Shown: positions 19,401 to 27,791, numbered from the stretch's first letter. The stretch: DNA of 64,000 nt from Thermodesulfovibrionales bacterium (GCA_035686305.1 DASRZP010000050.1:3338-67337), one strand, 5' to 3'. Translations and numbers: made by a program. The notes: a model not told the origin generated them from the letters alone.

Positions 19401-20090
19401 AAATCGAGCTGTTGTATCACTGCCGTATCCACTCGTATTTGCATTATTCATTCTGACTCGGAATCTGATCAGGTTTTCAGGGATAATATAAATTTCATAT
19501 CTTTGACAAAGTCTTATCCAAAAATCTAGGTCGGGCAATTGCGCATAACGGGGATCGTACTGACCCACGTCATTGTAACACCCTCGTCTGATCAGAGCAC
19601 TCGGGTGGCAAAGACAGTTTCCTCTGAAGAAGAAATGGTTCATCCATTCATGCCGCGAACGATTCGACTGCTTGAATATGCTGTAGTAAAAGTGTTCTTT
19701 GTCGCTGAAGTCATCCCCTTTTTCGTCGATGATCTGAGCGTAGCTGAAGACTGCACCGATGTCTTTGTGCTCGTCCAGAAACTGCACCTGCTTCTGAAGC
19801 TTCTCAGGGAGAAAAACATCGTCAGAACTCAGCATTGCAATATACTCACCGCTTGATTCCTTAAGGCAGTTGTTCGCAGCAATACAGGCTCCTTGATTTG
19901 TTTCGAAACGGAAGAATCTTATTCTCGGGTCGGAGAACTTGAGTATTTCATTGACCGTGCCGTCTGAAGATCCGTCATCGGTAATGACGATCTCGAAATC
20001 CTGGAAGGTCTGGTCAAACACTCCCCATATTGCTTCTGCCACGTATTTCTCATGGTTAAAGGACGGAATAATAACGCTTACTTTCGGCAT
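16449..20090 (-). CDS. 1213-aa multidomain glycosyltransferase: GT2 - coiled coil - GT2 - GT-B (GT4-like)
   Basis: aa 1-230: VSVIIPSFNHEKYV...ITDDGSSDGT. About aa 340-440: heptad-rich KQRESEIQ/RQKESSLL/RQKEEEIS/KQKDLVIV. About aa 555-800: FSIVSVLYNKGE...FVDDESDDDS..DSD. The C-terminus has an EX7E-like RARGEAMMCGLATVS. Confidence 0.8.
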   Translation of the reverse strand: MPKVSVIIPSFNHEKYVAEAIWGVFDQTFQDFEIVITDDGSSDGTVNEILKFSDPRIRFFRFETNQGACIAANNCLKESSGEYIAMLSSDDVFLPEKLQKQVQFLDEHKDIGAVFSYAQIIDEKGDDFSDKEHFYYSIFKQSNRSRHEWMNHFFFRGNCLCHPSALIRRGCYNDVGQYDPRYAQLPDLDFWIRLCQRYEIYIIPENLIRFRVRMNNANTSGYGSDTTARFIWEYTHILENYSSMTSIDEFRKIFPEVNNVYEEMSSRFIPFYLAQLALQVNTNYHVYHNYALNKLYELLGDAGMALELKEKFNFTCSDLIKLTGNCDVFNFKEIYNRDATLKFKEGLLQQRTSELDRKDTILKQRESEIQYIHMLNQKLELDLKERDVVLRQKESSLLAKDDQIRQKEEEISRKEALLKQKDLVIVQKDREIQLHKNYVVDALAEHDLTRLKAIEDSASWKVLKKIQNLVDYHLLPVYTRRSRLIRPLLFTLIKRFSSPSRDLIPVERYNRIQGYTNGGHSLTRGDDIEVVLGDASCDSVKPLDAHREFVLPESLPLFSIVSVLYNKGEQVGFFLEALMRQEYPGNFEVIFVDDESDDDSVKIVRQFIADLQEKGDAGKRCDIRIIENQENMGNCGSRNTGIRNAKGDIIIVIDSDCIVNKDFLSAHAEAYAYDDCDAAVGPFNIETNGQAPFAVLKRYEDDPAKAMFDCVLQDRVNLQSFLNCITRNFSIKRDFIREELFDTAFSYSTDKDSGFGWEDIEMGYRLYTRGARIKFTPRGLSIHISHPSSVDERTKSLRSLKNFRKLFEKHPDLLLVSRRWTLETYQNICRWVEENGHPKNDDRLYLDNMFQRFLPPPFYVKRPKRRLRIVTYRWHCPHQYELYKLPHEFVLIKGIAPGFTNEWDYDQRPLPRNAVFKNYDDVDVNDFDFAILHFDENVLSPQNTNGVLGPEWGINFQWFMKNAHIPKVAICHGTPQFYGQYNMPCDDREVTKVIEHERVKLVDFLGDTPVIVNSHQAQREWRFSKSKVVWQGFDPAEFPPSTFEKGMLTLGEKMKERPHYRGHFVYREVFKKFPLVNLPDSYLVPEPHTKYEKATNAYATAKFRNYANSIRQYSIYFNPTVRSPMPRARGEAMMCGLATVSVNNHDVEMFVKNGVNGFYSNDPDELREYLVYLLKNPDTCRKIGLEGRKTAMDIFNHDRYLKAWEEIMSEVLG

Positions 20091-21250
20091 GCGGTCCTAA
20101 CCCTTTTCCCCTTGCATGAAAAGCTTTTCAAGAGCATACAGATCTTTACTGCATCATCAATCGCTAGGTCTCCATAAAAGGGAAGTGACAAGACCTCTCT
20201 TACCACCAGCTGCGCAACTGGCAGTTTGGACGGATGGGAAGATGGCAGCTGTTTGTAGCAGGGATAGTCACTGCAGAGAGGATAAAAATATTTTCGCGTG
20301 AAAACGTTATAATTTCTGAATCCCTGATACACCTCATCCCGTGAGCGGCCGAACCGTCGCTCATCAATCCTGATCACAAAGTACTGATCGGCATCCTTGA
20401 CGTTCGGGAGGGGAGCGATCAGGGTAATCCCCTCAACATCTGCAAGATGTTTCGTATAGACTTCCTTGATTATCTTTCTTTTGCGCTGCTCCTCTTCTAC
20501 AAGATCGAGCACCGCAAGTCCAAGAGCTGCCTGCAGTTCATTCATCTTGCCGTTGATTCCAGGCATTGCGACCTCTTCTTCGTTCTTGATCCCAAAATTC
20601 TTGAGTAGATCGATCCGAGATTTCAGGTTCTTGTCACTGAAGGTCAGGGCACCTCCTTCGGCCGTATGGAAGAGTTTTGTTGCGTGGAAGCTGAACATCG
20701 TGACATCGCCGAAGTTACCGATCCCAGTACCATCAATCTCGACACCGAAGGCATGAGCAGCATCATATACCACCTTCAGACCGTACCGGTCAGCAACCTT
20801 CTGAATTCTGTCAACATCGCAGGGGGTACCAAAAACATGCACTGCCAGTATCCCCGTGGTCTGAGGCGTTATCATTGTTTCGACTTTGTCCGCGTCAATG
20901 TTCATCGTCTTTTCATCGATGTCGCAAAAGACCGGACGTATGTTGTTCCATGTCAAAACGTGTGGTGTTGCGGGAAAGGTGAATGGTGTAGTTATTACCT
21001 CACCGGAGAGCCTGAGGCTCTGACATGCCACAATCAACGCGATGGTTCCATTATTGAACAAGGAGAGATACGGGACCTTTAATACCCGCAGCAACGCTCT
21101 TTCGAGCAATTCGTGCTGGCGACCATTGTTCGTAAGCCACTGAGAATCCCAGATCTCTTTAAGTTTTTCTGATACCTTGGTAAGATCGGGCAGCAGGGGA
21201 CGGGTGACATAAGTAGGTTGGTTGAAAGGTTCTACATCAGTTTTCATCAT
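20078..21250 (-). CDS. DegT/DnrJ/EryC1/StrS family PLP-dependent sugar aminotransferase
   Basis: Family-typical sequence including the FSFHATK lysine motif. 390 aa. Confidence 0.85.
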   Translation of the reverse strand: MMKTDVEPFNQPTYVTRPLLPDLTKVSEKLKEIWDSQWLTNNGRQHELLERALLRVLKVPYLSLFNNGTIALIVACQSLRLSGEVITTPFTFPATPHVLTWNNIRPVFCDIDEKTMNIDADKVETMITPQTTGILAVHVFGTPCDVDRIQKVADRYGLKVVYDAAHAFGVEIDGTGIGNFGDVTMFSFHATKLFHTAEGGALTFSDKNLKSRIDLLKNFGIKNEEEVAMPGINGKMNELQAALGLAVLDLVEEEQRKRKIIKEVYTKHLADVEGITLIAPLPNVKDADQYFVIRIDERRFGRSRDEVYQGFRNYNVFTRKYFYPLCSDYPCYKQLPSSHPSKLPVAQLVVREVLSLPFYGDLAIDDAVKICMLLKSFSCKGKRVRTACRK

Positions 21251-21786
21251 TCACTTTTCTCATGCTGCGTATCTGTCAAGAACGCTTCATACGTCTTTAA
21301 AACGGCATCCCTGTTCCTGTCATGTATCTTCTTGTTGCCTATATAGATACCCCAGGGGTCCAGATCGCTACTGACCACAGAACATGCTCCTACCATTGCC
21401 CCTTCGCCTATCGTAACACCAGGCAAAACGACGCTGTTCGCTCCCACGATACAAAAGCGGCCAATGCTAATAGGTGCTTGCCTGACATTTCTGTATTTCT
21501 CAGAGATCGTCGGATTTCCGAAACCCCACTCCTTAAAATCCTCCGTTCCCGTCAATATCCTGCACCCCTGTGAAATTCCGGAGAAGTCTCCCATTTCCAA
21601 TGCTTCGCCGCCTGTAATTGAGGTGAAACACGCAATATGAACGTTGTTCCCGATGATTATTCTCTTCTTGGCGTAAATAAATACGAAGTCGTCTATAATA
21701 ACATCTTTACCAAACTCAATTTTCTCTAAGCCCACTATCTTTGTGAACTCGAACGTTCTCACCCTAGGTATCTGGTACTGGACCAT
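21247..21786 (-). CDS. hexapeptide-repeat (left-handed beta-helix) acyl/acetyltransferase
   Basis: Repeated [LIV]G-x4 hexapeptides (IGNNVHIA, IGRFCIVGANSVV, IGEGAMVGACSVV). Overlaps the aminotransferase by 4 nt. Confidence 0.75.
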   Translation of the reverse strand: MVQYQIPRVRTFEFTKIVGLEKIEFGKDVIIDDFVFIYAKKRIIIGNNVHIACFTSITGGEALEMGDFSGISQGCRILTGTEDFKEWGFGNPTISEKYRNVRQAPISIGRFCIVGANSVVLPGVTIGEGAMVGACSVVSSDLDPWGIYIGNKKIHDRNRDAVLKTYEAFLTDTQHEKSE

Positions 21787-21795
21787 AGTTGCCTC

Positions 21796-22326
21796 CTATT
21801 TTATGGCCTCGATGACGAGTCTCGAATCCCTTCTCGTTTCTCTCTTCCTGAGCTCAGCGTAAGCGCTCGCGTTCCAATGCTGTCTCCGGAGTTTCATGAA
21901 GCCTGCCTCTTTAAGTCGGCGCTCGAGTTCTTCTCTATCATAGAGGTACTGATGACCCCACTCCTTGAAACATAGGTTTATCATCTCGGCTTTTGTCTTC
22001 ATCCACTCATATCCATACTTCTTGATCCAGTCCTGCCTCTTCCATAAGAAGAAATACTTGAGAAGCAGATAGCGCAGGTCCGGCGTGGCAATGCGGACGA
22101 CGCCGCCGGACTTCAGTACCCGATGGAACTCCCTGAGCACATCCAGTGCCTCTTGAACTGTCAAGTGTTCCAGAAAGTGCTCGCTGTAAATGAAATCTAT
22201 GGTTCCTGGCCCACACGGCAAAGGCTTTCGCATATTATGGTGTAAGTCGGCTCTTGGTGAATCCACGTCGATATTTATCCACCCGTCAAAGTAGACGTCC
22301 CCGCAGCCGACATGGAGCATCACCAT
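21796..22326 (-). CDS. small class I SAM-dependent methyltransferase
   Basis: LHVGCGDVYFDGWINID, SEHFLEHL and LKSGGVVRIATPD motifs. Confidence 0.7.
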   Translation of the reverse strand: MVMLHVGCGDVYFDGWINIDVDSPRADLHHNMRKPLPCGPGTIDFIYSEHFLEHLTVQEALDVLREFHRVLKSGGVVRIATPDLRYLLLKYFFLWKRQDWIKKYGYEWMKTKAEMINLCFKEWGHQYLYDREELERRLKEAGFMKLRRQHWNASAYAELRKRETRRDSRLVIEAIK

Positions 22327-22335
22327 AAAGAATTC

Positions 22336-23661
22336 CTAGATCGAGACCTTTTGCACATCCACGGCGTTATCCCAATGGACATGGCCGTAAAGGATTGCTT
22401 CCCTTCGCGGCTGCATCTGGAACTGGACAGCCACGGGAATAAAATCGCAGAACTCCACCTGCCCCAGCTGGAGATTGATCGGGATCGACAGCACACAGGC
22501 AACGCTGTACGCCCCGCTCATGAGAGCTGCCTTAAAGCGCCAGTCGACAACGTAGCGGCCGCCTCTCTTTGCTCCTCTGATGGACTTCCCCTCGATCACG
22601 CTGTCGGAGTATACGACGTCAACGCCGTTTCTGTCCCTGATATGGTAACCGTATGCGAGCATCTGCAGGTCACGGTCGACTTCGACTGCCATACGCAAGA
22701 CGAGATCCTGTTCATACTCAACGTCGACGATCTCCCTGCCATTTCCGTCGAGAAGCTGCACATTTACGAAGCTCGCCTTTCCATTCCGTATCCTCTGGAA
22801 ATCTGCTCGCTTCCGGAACTCCAGACCGGGCAGAAAGGTTGCCGAAGAGTCCGGCGCTGAACCGAGGGACCTTCCTCGGGATGGTTCATAGTCGATGATT
22901 CCTTGTTCACCTTCTACTTTTCTCGAAAAATACCTCTCGACGACCTGGTCCGGCTTGCCGGCGCAGATGACTTTCCCATTGTCGAGAAGGATCGCTTTCT
23001 TGCAAAGGCTCTTCACCGATGCCATGTCGTGGCTCACAAAGACCAGCGTGATTCCATCTTCTATCATGGCTTTCATTTTTGTCATGCACTTTGCCTGGAA
23101 GAACATGTCGCCCACGGCAAGGGCCTCATCGACGACGAGGATGTCCGGGTCTATATGAATCGCTGCTGCGAAAGCGAGACGGACCTGCATGCCGCTTGAG
23201 TAAGTCTTTATCGGCTGATCGATAAACTCACCGATATCGGCGAATTCAGAGATAGCCTGAAATCTCCTATCCATCTCCTGGCTGGTCATACCCAGCAAGG
23301 CACCGCTCATATATACGTTTTCTCTGCCGGTGAATTCCGGATTAAATCCCGTACCCAATTCGAGCAAAGCTGATAGTTTGCCGTTCTTGACTACAGAACC
23401 CTCCGAGGGCTGCAGTATTCCGCAGATAATCTGGAGAAGCGTGGATTTCCCGCTGCCGTTTCTGCCAATAATCCCAAAAGTCTCTCCTTTTTCTATCTCA
23501 AAGGAAACCTCATTCAATGCCCAAAAATCATGATGATATTTCCGGCGTAAGGGGTGAAAGGCTTCTTTGAGCCGGTGACTCGGTCTGTCATAAAGACGGT
23601 ATTTCTTGCTCACATTATTAACGCTTATTGCAATCTCTGATGCCATGTACTTCGTACTCAC
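22336..23661 (-). CDS. wzt: ABC polysaccharide exporter ATP-binding protein with C-terminal Wzt_C-type glycan-binding domain, set 2
   Basis: Walker A GRNGSGKST, YSSGM, ILVVDE. An extra ~170-aa beta-sandwich-like C-terminus (FVNVQLLDGNG...) as in long Wzt proteins. Confidence 0.85.
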   Translation of the reverse strand: MSTKYMASEIAISVNNVSKKYRLYDRPSHRLKEAFHPLRRKYHHDFWALNEVSFEIEKGETFGIIGRNGSGKSTLLQIICGILQPSEGSVVKNGKLSALLELGTGFNPEFTGRENVYMSGALLGMTSQEMDRRFQAISEFADIGEFIDQPIKTYSSGMQVRLAFAAAIHIDPDILVVDEALAVGDMFFQAKCMTKMKAMIEDGITLVFVSHDMASVKSLCKKAILLDNGKVICAGKPDQVVERYFSRKVEGEQGIIDYEPSRGRSLGSAPDSSATFLPGLEFRKRADFQRIRNGKASFVNVQLLDGNGREIVDVEYEQDLVLRMAVEVDRDLQMLAYGYHIRDRNGVDVVYSDSVIEGKSIRGAKRGGRYVVDWRFKAALMSGAYSVACVLSIPINLQLGQVEFCDFIPVAVQFQMQPRREAILYGHVHWDNAVDVQKVSI

Positions 23662-23709
23662 TTCGTTGGGCAGTTCTACATGGGGTCGAAATTTATCATC
23701 CGTAAGACC

Positions 23710-24555
23710 TCATAGCACGTCTGCAAAATGAGGTCGTAGACGGAGAAAAATCAGAGCACCTAGAATGAAAATAAGGCCCGTTACTCCCCAGAAATAGAGG
23801 GTCATCTGCCAGTTGTACCAAAATGGCACACCGTAGAGAAAGGACTCGCGGTAACCCCGAACGATATAGAACATTGGATTTAACTTTACGAAGAACTGGT
23901 ATTTATCCGGCATGATCGATAAATCCCAAAAAATCGGTGTGCCCCAAAAGCCAATCTGCAAGATGACACTGACGACTTGACTGATGTCCTTCGTAAAAAT
24001 ATTTATAGAGGACGTTATCCATCCAAGTCCCAACGCAAGCACGCTCATCGCACCGAAATAATAGAACGCTTGAAGCCAGTACAGGCTGAATGGCATTCCT
24101 TGGAAAATAATCAGCAAGATTAAAAAGACGAGAAAAATAACATGAGTTACAAAGGACGCAACGAGCTTTACTACCGGAAGAATGCTAAGGGGGAAGACGA
24201 TTTTCTTGACCAGATGGGGGTTGTTGCTGATCACGGACGTTGACCCATTTATGACCTCGACGAAGGTGTTCCATATACACATCCCGGCAGTTAGCCAGAC
24301 AACAAAAGGCACATTGTCTCTGGGCATAGTCTTAAATCCGATACTAAAAACAAACCATAGGATGAAGATCATAATCAGGGGATTTATGAAAGTCCAAAAA
24401 AAACCGAGGAGTGATCCGATGTGTTGACTTGCAATGTCACGCTTGGCCATTTCCATGATCAAACGTTTTCGTCTGAAGAGAGTGAGGAGAAAGTCTATAA
24501 ATCCTCCCCACAATGCCAGGATCTTATACATATGTCGGATAATTATTATGAGCAA
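23710..24555 (-). CDS. wzm: ABC-2 type polysaccharide exporter permease, set 2
   Basis: RDIASQHIGSLLGFFWTFINP motif plus multiple TM segments. ATG at 24531 is an alternative start. Confidence 0.8.
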   Translation of the reverse strand: MLIIIIRHMYKILALWGGFIDFLLTLFRRKRLIMEMAKRDIASQHIGSLLGFFWTFINPLIMIFILWFVFSIGFKTMPRDNVPFVVWLTAGMCIWNTFVEVINGSTSVISNNPHLVKKIVFPLSILPVVKLVASFVTHVIFLVFLILLIIFQGMPFSLYWLQAFYYFGAMSVLALGLGWITSSINIFTKDISQVVSVILQIGFWGTPIFWDLSIMPDKYQFFVKLNPMFYIVRGYRESFLYGVPFWYNWQMTLYFWGVTGLIFILGALIFLRLRPHFADVL

Positions 24556-24796
24556 ACCTATGTTGGAAGAGAGATTCCATACTTTTTCAATCCCTCCATT
24601 GAAAGCAGACGATTACCAAGATTTGACCAGGGCGACAACGTCCTTCACTCAAAGGAGACCTGAAAACCCATTTAATGTTCTATTATAGCATTTCCGGCCT
24701 TCCCACTATTGCCCCTTCTGGACTTACACTCGATAAGACTGTTTCGTGGGATGACGTATCGCGTGGGTGACCTCATCTAACGTTCCTTGCAAATTT

Positions 24797-24837
24797 CAAA
24801 AAAATGCTGCCCGTTCCGAACAGGCAGCATTTTTTTG
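24797..24837. terminator. bidirectional rho-independent terminator
   Basis: A7-ATGCTGCC-(11-nt loop)-GGCAGCAT-T7. Lies 20 nt downstream of the minus-strand gene ending at 24858. Confidence 0.75.
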
Positions 24838-24857
24838 GGATTGATACTTTTGACAAA

Positions 24858-25700
24858 TTACTTCGCAGCGCCCTTTTCGATTCTATCAATCTTCGCAGAT
24901 AAAGCCTCTATCATCTTATTTTGCTCCTGAACAACCTTTGTCAGAACAGCGACGATGTCCATCGAACTTAAGCCCTTCCTGTCTCTCATAGCAACGAGAT
25001 CGGGAACATCTTCCGCGATGAATCCGACATGATTCTGCTCTGGCATGGTCTTGTAGGTAAAAGTTACGGGGTTGAGGTTATTCAGCGCATCCATGGCTTT
25101 GTCTGCACTAAGGGTCTGGATATTTTCCTTGTACTCCCTGCTCGAAGCATCGACCCATGCAGTACCTCCATCATTATAAGAACAACCGCCGGGACCACAA
25201 ACCTGCAATTTATGGGCAGGCGTGCTTGTCCCGATACCAACATTCCCGGAATTGAGAACCAGCGTATCTTGGACTGCATTTGCCTTTATCGCCTTAAAGA
25301 CATTCTTCCCCCCCAATCTGAAATAAAAATCATGGGTGGTAGTATTCAAGAGGGTAACCATAGGCAAGGATGGATGAGAATCTGAGAGCACCTGAAGGAT
25401 TAGATGTTCACCCCCTTTGGGACCAAGAGCAAATTGCTCCTGAGCGCTTGCAGCACTTGCACCTATGATGTTTGAATTTGCAACCCGCAACGCTGTGCTT
25501 GCATTTTGGTTATTCAGCACGTTAACCATCTCATTTGTTGGTGCAGTCCCCACACCAACCTGACCAGTATCCTGGACCACAAATACCGTGTTCGTGCCGT
25601 ACGAATCCTTTACGATCAGCTTATCCGCCGCAAACATCGGGACAGTCATCACACTTGTAATGATCAACACACCCATCAGAACTACGAACAACTTTTTCAT
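24858..25700 (-). CDS. secreted tail-fibre-like protein with C-terminal peptidase S74 / intramolecular chaperone domain
   Basis: Signal peptide MKKLFVVLMGVLIITSVMTVPMFA. GNVGIGTSTPAHKLQV motif. The C-terminus SSREYKENIQTL...LNPVTFTYK...HVGFIAEDVPDLV matches the S74 autoproteolytic chaperone pattern. Confidence 0.75.
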   Translation of the reverse strand: MKKLFVVLMGVLIITSVMTVPMFAADKLIVKDSYGTNTVFVVQDTGQVGVGTAPTNEMVNVLNNQNASTALRVANSNIIGASAASAQEQFALGPKGGEHLILQVLSDSHPSLPMVTLLNTTTHDFYFRLGGKNVFKAIKANAVQDTLVLNSGNVGIGTSTPAHKLQVCGPGGCSYNDGGTAWVDASSREYKENIQTLSADKAMDALNNLNPVTFTYKTMPEQNHVGFIAEDVPDLVAMRDRKGLSSMDIVAVLTKVVQEQNKMIEALSAKIDRIEKGAAK

Positions 25701-26125
25701 ATCCTCTCTCCTCTCGGTGACAAAATTGCAAAATAATCGTTTCTCACCCCGGACATTCTACGACATTCTTTTTCATCACCTCCCTATATCGTTGTGATCA
25801 CCCATGAGTCGTCCCTGCGTGAGGTCCTTGTTCCAGCTATTTCGTTCGACAGAAGACACCCCATTCCCCCTTGTCTCCCTACTTTTCGGGTTGATTTGAT
25901 CTCCCATAAAATTCTTGGCCGTAATTCTTCGAAATCTCATTGTCAGTGCTTCTATGCTGCATGCGCTGGCATTACGCGTATACGTGAGTCATTACCCTCC
26001 CTAATCTTCATTTATAGATTCATCCAAAAGTAATAATGGCCTCGATGAAATTTCCTGTGCAAAACTCAACGGCACCTCGGGTCAGATCCTTGCCTCCCTT
26101 CAGTTAATTATACTACAAAATATGG

Positions 26126-26163
26126 TAGTGATAGATTTTGAATCATGAAAATCCATCACTACC
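26126..26163 (-). terminator. stem-loop terminator candidate for the CAP/PKD gene
   Basis: GTAGTGATaGATTTT-(8-nt loop)-AAAATCcATCACTAC. On the minus strand it is followed by AUAUUUUG. Lies 12 nt after the stop at 26175. Confidence 0.5.
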
Positions 26164-26174
26164 CAAAATATTGA

Positions 26175-27440
26175 TTACCCGACAACTACTCCATCTATGA
26201 TCACCGTCCCTTTCTCTATTGTGATTGAGCCGTCGAGCGTCGAGTAGCCGACGATGCAGGTACAGTCGCAGTTGTAACCACCCTTCAGGGTTACTGTCTT
26301 GTCCTGTCCAAGAACAAGGGCTTCAATGAAATCAACAGCCTGCATCTCTATGACATCTCCGCTGAAGGACTGGTCATAGGCTGTCTGGATCGAAGCAAAG
26401 TATGACGAAGCCATGTGCACCTTGGCGTTTGGGCATGGTGAGACCGTAATATAATTTGTCTTCGTTACTGTGACGGAACCGTTTTCGTCTGATGCTGTGA
26501 GCTTTACGTTGTAAGAACCGACGTTCTTGTAAAGATGAGAGGGATTCTGCGCTGTGTAGGTAGTGCCGTCTCCAAAGTCCCACAACCAGGAACTTGGGAG
26601 AATTGAAGAGGCGTCAGTGAGGCTGACGAGTAAAGGCGCATAACCGCTTATTGGCGAAGCGGTGAAATCAGCCGTGAACGAGAAGGTTGCCGTTACCGAC
26701 TTAGTATCATTCATGGTCATGTCGCAGGAAGAAGCATTTCCGACACAGTCCTCTGACCATCCCGCAAAGAACGCCCCGGCATCAGCATTTGCCGTGAGAG
26801 TTACCGGCGTGTTGGCTCCATATGTTGCAGTCCCTGTAGTTCCGTTCCAGGTGAGAGTTCCGGTTGAGACCGTCACTGTGCCGGGGCCTTGCTTTGTAAC
26901 GGTGAGAGTGTATTGCGGCTCATTGCACGACCCGTTCATGGGACTGTCATAGGAGTTTCCGAAATCAGCGGTCCAGTAGTGACCATAGGTGGACAGGGCG
27001 TCATAGGCGTAGCCGACGCCTATGTCTCTCATGGAGCTGTTCAGGATATTTGCCCGGTGGCCCGGGCTGTTCATCCATCCGTTTACAACGGCAGCGGCCG
27101 TGGAATATCCTGCAGCGATATTCTCAGCAGCGGTATACCAGAAGTAGCCTGAGTTGTCGATCCGGGTTGTAAAGTCGGACCCGTCCGAACCGGTGTGGCT
27201 AAAGAAATTATTTGAGGCCATATCCTGACTGTGCAGCCGCGCGGCCTCAACAAGGCGGACATCGAGAACGAGCGCGGGCAATCCATTGTTCTGCCTCTCC
27301 TGATTGATAAGGGCGACCACCTCCTCTTCCACCGCAGTGGGACACATCCAGGCATGAGCCGGGGACCACTGTGCCATCACCGTTGCTGTAACAGCGAGTC
27401 GAAGGATACAGGGGAGAAGGTTTCTCGCTGCGGTCTTCAT
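26175..27440 (-). CDS. secreted CAP/SCP (YkwD-like) domain protein with InlB-B-repeat-like and PKD domains
   Basis: Signal peptide MKTAARNLLPCILRLAVTATVMAQWSPAHA (start trimmed to 27440). CAP motifs (FFSHTGSDG..GWMNSPGHRANIL). PKD motif WDFGDGTT. Confidence 0.8.
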   Translation of the reverse strand: MKTAARNLLPCILRLAVTATVMAQWSPAHAWMCPTAVEEEVVALINQERQNNGLPALVLDVRLVEAARLHSQDMASNNFFSHTGSDGSDFTTRIDNSGYFWYTAAENIAAGYSTAAAVVNGWMNSPGHRANILNSSMRDIGVGYAYDALSTYGHYWTADFGNSYDSPMNGSCNEPQYTLTVTKQGPGTVTVSTGTLTWNGTTGTATYGANTPVTLTANADAGAFFAGWSEDCVGNASSCDMTMNDTKSVTATFSFTADFTASPISGYAPLLVSLTDASSILPSSWLWDFGDGTTYTAQNPSHLYKNVGSYNVKLTASDENGSVTVTKTNYITVSPCPNAKVHMASSYFASIQTAYDQSFSGDVIEMQAVDFIEALVLGQDKTVTLKGGYNCDCTCIVGYSTLDGSITIEKGTVIIDGVVVG

Positions 27441-27791
27441 AATCCCTTGCATCATCGCTGTTTCGGTTGCAGCCAAATCATATCTTTCATCTCGCCAAAG
27501 GCAGCATACTCCATATGCGAATAGCAATTTTTGTACTTATTCCCGGGGGCATATGAAGAGCGAGGGAACACAAAAAAATCCTTTCTCTTTTGGTATTACT
27601 GGGATTGTGAGGAGAGGTAAGTGAAGCCATATGACGGAAAATGTCATCTCCGGGACCAAAAAGAGACGTATATTAACTTTTGTCCAGGCCTCTGTGATAT
27701 CATGTATGTCATAGCAGGGGCGATATTCTTGACCGGGATCTGATACATTCGTCACCATATCTCAATCGAGCAAGGGATCGAGGATCATACG

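Noticed and set aside
25741-25783. 10-codon minus-strand mini-ORF (MKKNVVECPG) with a GGAGGTG SD, about 40 nt upstream of the S74 gene.
   Set aside because: Too short to evaluate from one sequence. It could be a chance SD+ATG in an AT-rich spacer. Noted only as a possible leader peptide.
24858-27527. Prophage remnant suggested by the tail-fibre/S74 protein.
   Set aside because: No capsid, portal, terminase, baseplate, integrase, lysis or att-like repeats are visible on either side. The gene has a Sec signal peptide and its own terminator, so it is treated as a cellular surface protein.
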